Source: Rotaria sp.
Taxonomy: Eukaryota
NCBI GenBank assembly: GCA_905250055.1
Contig: CAJNOF010000289.1
Location: 125,844-147,143 of the forward strand
Length of the DNA: 21,300 bases
Direction: 5' to 3'
The notes below the pieces were generated by a model, which was not told the DNA's origin, searched no databases, and saw nothing but the letters and a program-made list of their open reading frames with translations. The translations under genes were made by a program, and so were the position numbers. This document shows, piece after piece, positions 1-8,960 of this stretch (position 1 is the stretch's first letter; each line of letters starts with the position of its first letter).

Positions 1-124
1 ATTTGTCTTATTTTTCGGTGCTCTTTTCACACTTAACTAATTTGGTGCTCATTTGTCTTATTTTTTGGTGCTCTTTTCACATATAACTAATTAGGTGCTC
101 AATTGTCTTTTTTTTTGGTGCTCA
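1..124. repeat. Tandem repeat with a ~50-bp unit and ~2.5 copies (atttgtcttatttttYggtgctcttttcacaNNtaactaattNggtgctc). The array may continue beyond the left edge of the window.
   Basis: Direct reading: units at 1-50, 51-101 and 102-124 are >90% identical. Confidence 0.8.
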
Positions 125-1189
125 AAAGACATGTCGTCCATGATTCTTGTGTACATTAATTCTATTTCATTTATTCTTTTTTTCTTTATCTATTATTTCA
201 CTTATTTTTGATTTTATTCAAATCTTTGTTTACGATTAAAAATAAGATTTGATTTATTTGATTGATCTATATTTGTTAAAGTAATTCAATCTTTGATGGA
301 TTTTGACATATATGATTTCTCTCAATTAGGTTGAAGAATCAAAAATATATTATTCTCTTTCGAATAAATTCAATGAAAAAAAAAAAAAAGTAAATCGAGA
401 AACTTTTAATATAAAATAAGACTAGAATTTTAAATATATTATAGTGATACGTTGTAATAGAAAGTCGAATAGAACTATCGAAATCATTGATTTGAATAAG
501 GATAATGATGATGTTAAACAAGAATCTTTTATGCATAATCATTCTCAATCATCAACATTTCATTATAGTTATAATATTGAAATTGAAATAAAGGTCAGTC
601 TATCACATTCAACATCTCAATTGAGATTTTTCATCGGAAATTTAAAATAATTCTTCATAGTTTTATTGATGACTGATTAATATTTCATCTTTTCTTATTT
701 TAGAAGAAAATAATGAATAGTTTCTTTTCATACAGATAATAAAGCTTTTTGAAATTAGCACAATCCTCTAAGGTATTCTTTACGAAAAAAAATAAAGAAG
801 TTTTTTCTTAAAATTATTTTTAATATTTGTCATATGTTGAGTTGTTTTTCATCAATTATGACAAGTACAAATTTTTTCTTTTTGAAAAATTTACGAGTTA
901 AAAATAATGAACGAATTACGTAGTTGCTGTGAAAAATATTTTTTAATGTGTGTTAATTTTCATCAGATACCATCAAATATTATACATACAACAAGTATCA
1001 ATAAAGAATCATCTTTATCAAATGATCATTATATAAATAAGAAAAAATTCAATGTAAGTACTTGAACGTTTATTATTCTCTCGATTGATATATTAATCGA
1101 AAGACGATTTAATAATATCGCGATCAGTTGAAAATATTTTATTTCATTTGTTTTAAAATAATTGATCAATGAATTCTTTCATTTAGTCA

Positions 1190-1771
1190 ATGATAAATAA
1201 ATATTTGATTATCGATTGTATTAAAGGATTAAAAATGTTATCAAATGATTCAATACAATGTATCATAACTTCTCCACCATACAATAAACTTGGTCTACGA
1301 CAAGGTTGTCCATATAATGGACAAATAATTTATGATACATATGATGATAATATGAATGAAATTGAATATCAAAAAAATGGCAATGTCAATTTTTAAATGA
1401 AATAAATCGTATTTTAACACCTTCAGGTTTATTATTTTATATTCATAAAGATCGACGATATTCTCATTGTGATTATCCTCCAGAACAGTTTATATTTCGA
1501 AGTAAATTAAAATTATATCAAACAATTATATGGGATCGAGGTTCAACACCTAATCAAAATAATTCTTATTTTCGACCTAATCATGAAAAAATTTTTTGGT
1601 TAACTAAATCTTCATCTAATATATCATTACCACCTAAATATTATCGTGATTGTCTACCAGAATATTTTAAAGGTGCAATTTGGAAAATTAAACCTGATCG
1701 AAAAAATAAACATCCAGCACCATTTCCATCAATTATTGCTGAAATTTGTATTTTAACAACAACTGATGAAA
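1190..1771 (+). CDS. N4CMT: Exon 1 of an N4-cytosine-type (beta-class) DNA methyltransferase, carrying motif IV SPPY and downstream motifs. There is a 1-nt frame break in the A7 run at 1371-1377.
   Basis: ATG at 1190. Translation is MINKYLIIDCIKGLKMLSNDSIQCIITSPPYN...EYQK[frame break]WQCQFLNEINRILTPSGLLFYIHKDRRY...RPNHEKIFWLTK...HPAPFPSIIAEICILTTTDE. SPPY (1271-1282) sits ahead of FxGxG, which is the beta-class motif order. The exon ends at a GTAAGT donor at 1772. Confidence 0.85.
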
Positions 1772-1961
1772 GTAAGTCAAGATATATATTTACAAAAAAA
1801 AAATCATTTCATGTCATTCAGAAAATATGATTCATTTTTCTCAATTACATTTTCAAATAGATCAGAACAATTTTTAAATATTGTATCCATAAAATCGAAG
1901 AGAAACTAAAGAGAATATTAAAATGTCAAGTTTTATTTCAATTTCATTGATCAGTGATATA

Positions 1962-2466
1962 AATCATTCGATAGAAAAAATTATTCTCTTTCAATCTATA
2001 CAAGGCCAAGCTCGATAGCTTGCTCCGTTTGGTAGCTATAGGTATTTTCCTGAGACCTCCGAAATCGACCAGGTGACGCGGAATCATCCTTAAAAGCATT
2101 ACATTATAGGTAAGCGACCATGCTGAATTCAGTGGTGATTTTTGTTTTTCATTTCAAAGTAACCTGAAATCATTATAAAATAGTTTTCGTAAATCTAGTT
2201 TTTGCTGCTATCTGGCTTAAAGAACACGTATATTGAAAATCTTGATACAGTGATCTCAAATTACTTTGAAATAAACAACAAACATCACCAATGAATTCAG
2301 CGTGGTCGATTACCTATAATGTAATGCTTTTAAGGATGATTTCGCGTCGCCTGGTCGATTTCGGACGTCTCAGGAAAATACCTGTAGCTACCGAACGGAA
2401 CAAGCTATCGAGCTCGGGCTTGTGTAGATCGAAAGAAAATAATTTTTTCTATCGAATGATCTAATT
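1962..2466. mobile_element. Foldback (hairpin) inverted-repeat element inside N4CMT intron 1. The arms are ~175 bp (1962-2137 and 2291-2466) at ~90% identity, separated by a ~150-bp loop.
   Basis: The reverse complement of 2291-2466 aligns base-for-base with 1962-2137, for example ...ccaagctcgatagcttgctccgtttggtagctataggtattttcctgagacctccgaaatcgaccaggtgacgcgg... Confidence 0.8.
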
Positions 2467-2496
2467 GAAGTTCAAAATCCAAAACCTATCTTCAAA

Positions 2497-2640
2497 ATGT
2501 CCAATGAGCTTTCATTCTATTGGTTCATTATTGACCAATGAAATTTTTCCATAGATTTACGTGCCACGGTGTTCGCTTTTTAATGGTGAAAACTGCAGCT
2601 CCATAGCTGCTTCTGTTCTTGAGTTATTCGACTTGCAATC
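2497..2640 (-). repeat. Copy of a dispersed repeat family. The second copy, in opposite orientation, is at ~20785-20905.
   Basis: The reverse complement of 2497-2640 (..gcagttttcaccattaaaaagcgaaca..atttcattggtcaataatgaaccaatagaatgaa..) aligns with 20806-20900 (..gtggttttcaccattcaacagagaaca..atttcattggtccaataagtgaccaatcaagtgaa..). Confidence 0.6.
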
Positions 2641-2713
2641 ACTCGCCTTCTATTTTGAAATAGATAGTAGTTCGAATTGTTGAAAAATAAATAGTTAAAT
2701 TGGTTTTTTTTAG

Positions 2714-2970
2714 AAGATGTCGTATTAGATCCATTTGCTGGATCTGGTACAACACTTATAGCTGCAAATAATTTGAAACGATCTTTTATTGGTTTTGATA
2801 TTAGTAAAAAATATCAAAATATGTTTAAACAACGATTGGCTAATTCAAGTGGTAAGATTCATCTCTGGGAAGAAATGTTTATTGTAGAAAAAATTCTAGA
2901 TCGTAGAATTAAAAATGGTTCTATTGAATATCTTCTCAAATGGAAAGGTTTTAATCATGATCAAAATACC
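2714..2970 (+). CDS. N4CMT: N4CMT exon 2: AdoMet-binding motif I, the end of the methyltransferase domain, and the N-terminal half of the chromodomain.
   Basis: Acceptor tttttttag at 2713. Translation is KDVVLDPFAGSGTTLIAANNLKRSFIGFDISKKYQNMFKQRLANSSGKIHLWEEMFIVEKILDRRIKNGSIEYLLKWKGFNHDQNT, followed by a GTAAGT donor at 2971. It is in phase with exon 1 (phase 1). Confidence 0.85.
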
Positions 2971-3147
2971 GTAAGTTCAATTTTTGTTTTTCTTGTTTTC
3001 TAAACCAACAGTTAAGTTAAAAAAAAAGTATTTGAAATTTCAAACAAAAATAAAACAGTCATTTTGAATATTATGAAACAATGTCATTATTAGGATGTGG
3101 CTCTTTAAGTGGAATAAATGCGAAATTTTTTGTTTTTTTTTATTTAG

Positions 3148-3276
3148 TGGGAGAACGAAACTAATCTGGATTGTCCAGATTTACTTGAACAATTTAAAAT
3201 ATCATTGAAAAAATACAAAAAAAAGAAACATTCATCGTCAAATAAAAGGTCTTTGGTTAAAATGTCATCAATAAAA
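3148..3276 (+). CDS. N4CMT: N4CMT exon 3: C-terminal half of the chromodomain plus a basic tail. A short terminal exon may follow at ~3398-3424, but this is uncertain.
   Basis: Acceptor ttatttag. Translation is WENETNLDCPDLLEQFKISLKKYKKKKHSSSNKRSLVKMSSIK, then a GTAAGC donor. WE..NLDCPDL is the canonical second half of the chromodomain. Confidence 0.8.
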
Positions 3277-4743
3277 GTAAGCCATTCCTACCATTGTATT
3301 TCAATGTATAGATTGTTTCATTGAATCATTGTCACTTATATTAACTATCAAATTTAATTTTACACTTTTTTTCCTTCGGTGATCGAACTGACTTAGATTT
3401 ATATGAGAGATTTATTATATTGAATATGGTTATAGCAGTTCATACTTAGAAAAAGACGAACATCACTCATATCATATAACATTGATGGTATGAAAAATAA
3501 TTCATTAAATCTTAGTCAATGGATATCATTTAGTGAACTTGAACAAAGAGAATTTTTCAATTAAAATCTTCATTTATTCATTTAGTTACGTACACACAAA
3601 AGAAAGATCAGTTCTTTTACTTCCTCAACAGATAGAAGAATGGTAAAAAGATATTGTCAATATATGGATACTTCATCAAGCAACGACGATAATGATTAAT
3701 ATTGATAGAAGATTCTATCCTCCTCATGGATTTTTCAATTGATTTTATAAACATTTTGTTTTTTTTTTGTTGTTCGATATTTTTTTTTTCATATTGTGCA
3801 GATATTCATGTTTGTGGAATAACAAACATTGTTAAATATATTCATTCGATTTTCTTTATTATCAAGGCTTTGGAAATGAAGAAATAGAAAATATTATCCT
3901 ATTCAAATGGAGACATTACCTCTTCCCATAGAGACGACAAACGATTATCATTATATAATATATGAAAATGAACATGTTGAAATACACTAGAATGATCGAT
4001 CATATGAATTTTCTACATAAAAAAAATTCTGATCACAGGATTTTTTAAAAAGAACAGAAAATAAATAAACAAATAGAGTAGTGATTTCTAAAGTTTCATC
4101 TTAAAAAATGATGAATTTCCTGAATGGATATAAGTTCAATGTTAATTTTCAAATTATTTCTTTCGAGCTTTTGACATCATACTTTTTAGTCACTAGTTAC
4201 TCTAAAATGTGAAAGTGACTAATCGCGTCTAACTACGAATCTTGAACTTTTCTCAAATTTTGAAAAACACTTGAAAAACTAATCCAAGATCACAGATATT
4301 TATTCTGTTTTTAATTCTTCATATCTAATCATGATCTACTTTTTCGTTGCAAAATTTTCTTCTTTTTGTATTCTCTGTTCATTTATCTTAAAACAACAAG
4401 AGTAGAAATCACTATCTCATATCAATGAAAACAGCATAGAGATTATGATTTTCACGACATGAGACAATTAGCAACGACGTTAATGACGAAATGCATTAAT
4501 GTTAGACTTCATGACTTGTGAAAATTTCCATGGTATACCGACTATTTCATCAGCTTGTGCAATAACTCAACGTGCGGAACTGTAAAGAAAAATATTAATA
4601 ACATTTATCTACTCCTTGTTTTTTCTTTTTTCCTTTGCATGGGGTAACACGTAACCACATTAGTCATCACACGATTATATTGAAAATGGGTCATAAGATG
4701 AATACGTTCGTAGATTGACTCGTAAGTCATTGATTATTTTCAG

Positions 4744-4902
4744 ATGAAACAAACTACTACCTCTACTTTATTATTATCACCATTCAATGGCAAAACAATT
4801 GTACTCGAACTTGGCCATGAAATAAGTTTCAAAGCTAAACAAGAATTGATCAACTATTTACGAGAACAGCAAGCACATATTTCATATATTTTGACAGCTA
4901 GT
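4744..4902 (+). CDS. PARP4: PARP4-like exon 1 (BRCT domain, part 1).
   Basis: ATG at 4744. Translation is MKQTTTSTLLLSPFNGKTIVLELGHEISFKAKQELINYLREQQAHISYILTAS, then a GTATGT donor. Confidence 0.7.
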
Positions 4903-4955
4903 GTATGTTATCGTTTTATTTCATCGAACATGTGGTTGAAGTTGACTTTTTTTAG

Positions 4956-5345
4956 ACTGATTATGTTTTGGCTACGAGTAATGTAGATAGTTACAAGATA
5001 CGTCGTGCCAAACAGCTTGGTTTACCAGTGATCAATGTTCAATATGTATACGAATGTCGTTCTTTGCCACCTGGTCAAACACCAATTGATATTAACAAAT
5101 TTATTATGAAGTCAGCTGAAGATCAAGAAAATTTTATAAAAACCGGCACTATTTCCATGGGAGGTATTATCAGTTGTTTTAAAAATCATTTAAGATATCC
5201 TTGTTTATTAGAATCTCGAGCAAATGTAACTAAAATCAATAAATTTGATTTGACTAAAATCAAACTATGGAATTCGGACGATGCCGATTTACCTCGTTTC
5301 GATGAGTTGACACATTGTGAGATTGGCAAATGGGCTATTTTCAAA
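4956..5345 (+). CDS. PARP4: PARP4-like exon 2 (rest of the BRCT domain plus linker).
   Basis: Translation is TDYVLATSNVDSYKIRRAKQLGLPVINVQYVYECRSLPPGQ... The 53-nt upstream intron is in phase. The 3' end at the GTAGAT donor is tentative. Confidence 0.6.
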
Positions 5346-5402
5346 GTAGATTTGTATCAATTTCTAGTTATTGTTCTCTTATATTTCTACTGTTCATAAC
5401 AG

Positions 5403-5702
5403 GAAACCAACGATAATTCAAATGTATTTTTTGTTCTCGAACTTCAAATTATTCCCGAACAGTACTACGATCGAACAACGAGCGATTATCGACTACGATT
5501 TCGATATGAAAAACAGACTATTATTGGCGAAGAACAACAACAATACGATAAAAAAGTATTGATACAATACGTATTCAGTGATGATCCAAACGAACAACAA
5601 CAATTGTTTGCATCGTACTATTATCGATTAGCTACAATGCCACGTATAACACGAATTCGTGAAATGTTACCTAATAAATTAGGTTCAAAACTATTGTTAC
5701 GA
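5403..5702 (+). CDS. PARP4: PARP4-like exon 3.
   Basis: Open 100-codon frame ETNDNSNVFFVLELQIIPEQYYDRTTSDYRLRFRYEKQ...LPNKLGSKLLLR, with a GTAAGT donor at 5703. Confidence 0.7.
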
Positions 5703-5793
5703 GTAAGTAAATAATATTGATCAGGAGAAACTATTTTTTCGAAAGAAAATCAATTATTTTTAGTCTTTATTTACTCATCGTATCGATACACAG

Positions 5794-5901
5794 ATACTTG
5801 ATGAGAATGTATGTCAATTAATTGAATCAATTTGGTTAGAATCAATTGGTGATTTGAATAAAATTTTGAGCATATCACTCGAATCGATCACTCTCAAAAC
5901 G
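5794..5901 (+). CDS. PARP4: PARP4-like exon 4 (start of the PARP alpha-helical domain).
   Basis: ILDENVCQLIESIWLESIGDLNKILSISLESITLKT matches the LD..vq.LI..i pattern of the PARP helical domain. Confidence 0.6.
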
Positions 5902-5947
5902 GTATTTACACATTTATATTAATTTGTGTTCTAAACTATTAAAATAG

Positions 5948-6103
5948 ATCATTGAAGCCGAAGCTGCACTGCTTGAACTCAAATCGACTAACAATCCTGC
6001 TGCTGCACTTCGTTTCTATTCACTTATACCACATCGACAACAGTATAATATTGATCTCATCAAGAATCGTCGAGCGTTGACTGAAAAAATAGACTTATGT
6101 CAA
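5948..6103 (+). CDS. PARP4: PARP4-like exon 5 (PARP helical domain).
   Basis: IIEAEAALLELKSTNNPAAALRFYSLIPHRQQYNIDLIKNRRALTEKIDLCQ carries the FY.LIPH motif. GTACGT donor. Confidence 0.7.
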
Positions 6104-6152
6104 GTACGTCTATATCTTTTTATTCGTTTTATTTGATCTTTTACCTGTTCAG

Positions 6153-6313
6153 ATGCTTCGAGATATGCTTACAGTCAACGAACTAACCAATTGGAATGTT
6201 AAAGCACCAATCGAAGCTAAATATCGAGCATTGAAGTGTCATATTGAAAGGGTGGCTAGTTCAACACTCGACTTTAAGAATATTGCTAACCTCATTCAAT
6301 CGTCGACGGATAG
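6153..6313 (+). CDS. PARP4: PARP4-like exon 6.
   Basis: Translation is MLRDMLTVNELTNWNVKAPIEAKYRALKCHIERVASSTLDFKNIANLIQSSTDR. GTGAGA donor, phase 2. Confidence 0.7.
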
Positions 6314-6373
6314 GTGAGAAAATTTAACATTCGTTTTTTTCATAATGATAGCTTATTTGTTTTTGCTCATTAG

Positions 6374-6511
6374 CGGTGAACAAATTGTTATTCACAACGT
6401 ATTCAGCGTAGCTAAACAGATAGATGCACTCAATTTTTGTACAACACTATCCCATCAACGGCAACTATTTCATGGATCGAAATATGTCAATTTTCTTGGG
6501 ATTCTTTCACG
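6374..6511 (+). CDS. PARP4: PARP4-like exon 7 (catalytic-domain H-G-S motif).
   Basis: Translation is ..GEQIVIHNVFSVAKQIDALNFCTTLSHQRQLFHGSKYVNFLGILSR. This parallels PARP1 RRLLWHGSRTTNFAGILSQ. GTAAAA donor. Confidence 0.8.
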
Positions 6512-6560
6512 GTAAAATATTCATTTCATCCTCTAGACAAAATATAATGTGTACATTCAG

Positions 6561-6846
6561 TGGTTTGGTCATGCCTAAAATGGTAGTGGAAGAATTGGGT
6601 GTTGAACGTACTGATGTTGGTTGTCTCGGTTATGGGATATACTTTTCTGATTCTGCTTCGACGTCTTTAAAATATACGACAGCAAGTACAATACAACCAG
6701 GTCGTCGTTTGTTATGCATTTGTCAAGTAGCACTTGGTGAATCAGCTAACTATTATTCATTTTCATCGACTCTCACCAAACCTCCGAATGGTTTTCATAG
6801 TACGCATGGAGTTAAACGAACAGAAGATAATCATTCAATGTTTACT
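6561..6846 (+). CDS. PARP4: PARP4-like exon 8 (catalytic core: GIYFSD, then LLCICQVALG, with Gln in place of the catalytic Glu).
   Basis: The 49-nt intron 6512-6560 restores the frame. Translation is GLVMPKMVVEELGVERTDVGCLGYGIYFSDSASTSLKYTTASTIQPGRRLLCICQVALGESANYY...SMFT. GTAAGT donor at 6847. Confidence 0.85.
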
Positions 6847-7065
6847 GTAAGTAGTTAGTGTTATTGTGTCCTGTCAAAGAAAAAGAAAAGAATATTTTCG
6901 AAAATTTTGGTGAATTTAATAGAATCAGCAAACCAAATTTTTTTGTCAATAACAGTAACTAATCATTCATTTATGTCCGAGTTCGTCGGTAGAGCTTATA
7001 AAATCCATTGACTATTGAAATCATAGTTGATAGTGCAATCATAAATTTGATATTTATCGAAATAG

Positions 7066-7216
7066 GATAATGAATATGCGATCTATCAACTCGATCAACA
7101 ACGTTTACTCTACATTGTGGAAGTTTCATGGGCACCGAAAGATAATCTCAATATCGAATTAGAACGATTACCAATTATTCATCATCAACAATATGCATTA
7201 AAATTGAGTGAACATG
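7066..7216 (+). CDS. PARP4: PARP4-like exon 9 (end of the catalytic domain).
   Basis: DNEYAIYQLDQQRLLYIVEVSW matches PARP1 NEYIVYDIAQVNLKYLLKL. Confidence 0.7.
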
Positions 7217-7278
7217 GTAATGATGATTCTTTTTTATTAGATTAGAATTCAATTATCAGATTATCTGTTACATTCTAG

Positions 7279-7418
7279 TCGAAGTTCCCATGACAATCGA
7301 TGATGAAATCATTGAAATAGCTGAACAAGACTATGGTTTAATATGTTCATCATCGGGAAAACTTGTACCACTTAAATCATTTCATATTCGTGCTCAAATT
7401 GTTGATGTTACAGTTGAA
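7279..7418 (+). CDS. PARP4: PARP4-like exon 10 (start of the VIT domain).
   Basis: Translation is EVPMTIDDEIIEIAEQDYGLICSSSGKLVPLKSFHIRAQIVDVTVE. The exon could instead extend to 7445 with a 39-nt intron, which remains in frame. Confidence 0.6.
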
Positions 7419-7484
7419 GTAGATTATATCTATTTTTCCATTGAAGTAAAATACTAATTCATCATATTTCTATTTAATGAAAAG

Positions 7485-8361
7485 GTTGTTCTCTATCAAG
7501 TCTATCACAATACGAGTTCGATACCGATTGAAGCTAAATATGTGTTTCCTCTTGATGAAAATTCAACTGTATGTGGTTTTGAAGCACATATCAATAATAA
7601 AGTTATCAAAGGTGTCGTTAAAGAGAAAGAACAAGCCAAACGAGAATATAGAGAAGCAATTGAAAAGGGACATGGCGCCTATTTAATGCATCAAGAAGAA
7701 GCCCAAGTGTTCAGCGTTGCTGTTGGTAATTTGCCAGCGCACAATGAAGTTATCATCAAGATAACCTATGTCGCCGAATTAGAAATCGAAAATGATGATA
7801 TTATTTTTCGTCTTCCAGCCAAAATGGCTTCATGGCAATCGAAAAAAGCTGTCGAAACCAAAGACCAATCGATTTTACGATCTATTGGTATTGTCGAAGA
7901 AAAAGTTGAATTCAGTTTCAAAGCATCGATTCGAATGCCATACAAAATAGTGAAATTGTTTTCGCCAACACATCGTCTTCGTCGAAAGTTAACTGATTGT
8001 ATAGCTATGATCGAACTTGTCGATAATGTCTTACTTGATCAAGATTTTATTCTTTCGATCACAGTCAACAGTCCTAATTTACCTCGAATATCAAATGAAA
8101 CATTGTCATTGGATGACAATAGTGGAACAACTGACACATCGAACAATCATAATTCTCAGGCATGTATGCTTACCTTTTATCCACGATTCGAAACATTGAC
8201 GAATTCGAACGAACGAGTTGAAATTATTTTCATTGTTGATGTATCAAATTCAATGGACGGCAGTCACGTACAACAAGCTAAACAGTTAGCTCATTTGTTT
8301 CTTATGAATTTGAAAGTTGGCGATGAGAATACATATTTTAATGTAATTACTTTTGGATCAG
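7485..8361 (+). CDS. PARP4: PARP4-like exon 11 (VIT domain plus the start of vWA with its DxSxS MIDAS motif).
   Basis: Translation is VVLYQVYHNTSSIPIEAKYVFPLDENSTVCGFEAHINNKVIKGVVKEKEQAKREYREAIEKGHGAYLMHQEEAQVF...RVEIIFIVDVSNSMDGSHVQQAKQLAHLFLMNLKVGDENTYFNVITFGS. GTAATA donor. Confidence 0.85.
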
Positions 8362-8439
8362 GTAATAAGATGATATTCTACAGCGTTATTGTGTACTCAA
8401 AAAGTGAGCACACTATAGAATCGGTCAGTGTGTCCATTC

Positions 8440-8960
8440 GGCCGTTTACACGATAACTCCTTCAAAATATCATCCGATTGTGATGAAATTTTGCACACAA
8501 AATTGTCTCATCAATATCTCGGCCGAGTTATTGGAAGGTACTTTTAGATCCTCTAGTACTATGTTATGAAAGTCAATTGAAATGTTATAGTGGAGTATAT
8601 TAAGGCACACAGAAGGGTAAACTGCCTCAGTTTAGTTTCTGGAGTTGAGAAACAGACACCTAAATGGTAGAAGATTTTGTACAGTCAAGGGATCTAGTGG
8701 ATCGCTTTGATCCACTCTACGTATTATATACAATTCGATAGAGAATTTCACGGGCTACAAAATGGTATACAAAACATTAGAAAACAACAAGGCTAAGTCA
8801 TCTATTGCAAAGATACTTATTTAAACTGAAACTGATGACTACTACCTTATGAGTCGATGAAGTGTAAGAGCAGCACTCGCATGTGTAGATCTTGTCGATC
8901 TTTGTTGATTTCATCGTAGCCAGTCTAGTTATTTTTTAAAGTACACATAACACTCGGATT
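8440..8960. mobile_element. Probable decayed mobile-element or foreign insert that accounts for the unusually long (650-nt) PARP4 intron 11. It is GC-richer than its flanks and contains palindromes ctcggccgag and ctcggatttaaatccgag.
   Basis: The intron is ~10x the local norm, and this block differs in composition from the surrounding AT-rich intronic sequence. Confidence 0.3.

Noticed and set aside
1-124. CRISPR-like regular repeats (here and at 14085-14420)
   Set aside because: They are imperfect head-to-tail tandem repeats with no unique spacers, and the context is eukaryotic with introns. They are not a CRISPR array.
339-650. Track ORFs 339-548 (-) and 444-650 (+)
   Set aside because: They are low-complexity AT-rich translations (poly-I, F, N, K) with no domain resemblance. 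This is the expected background in 70% AT DNA.
2860-2881. Possible 21-nt intron (gtaagattcatctctgggaag) between the methyltransferase and the chromodomain
   Set aside because: It is too short for a spliceosomal intron and a multiple of three. Read-through (SGKIHLWE) is kept as coding linker.
6424-6536. The first part of track ORF 6424-6858 (..FFHGKIF..), and the 25-nt GT..AG interval at 6512-6536
   Set aside because: The -1 frame gives LFHGSKYVNFLGILSR, which matches PARP1 far better. A 49-nt intron (6512-6560) joins it cleanly to GLVMPKM. A 25-nt intron is implausibly short.
8362-8456. The tail of track ORF 7542-8456, which runs past 8361
   Set aside because: It reads through a GTAATA donor into the intron. 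The vWA sequence resumes in exons at 9012 and 9148.
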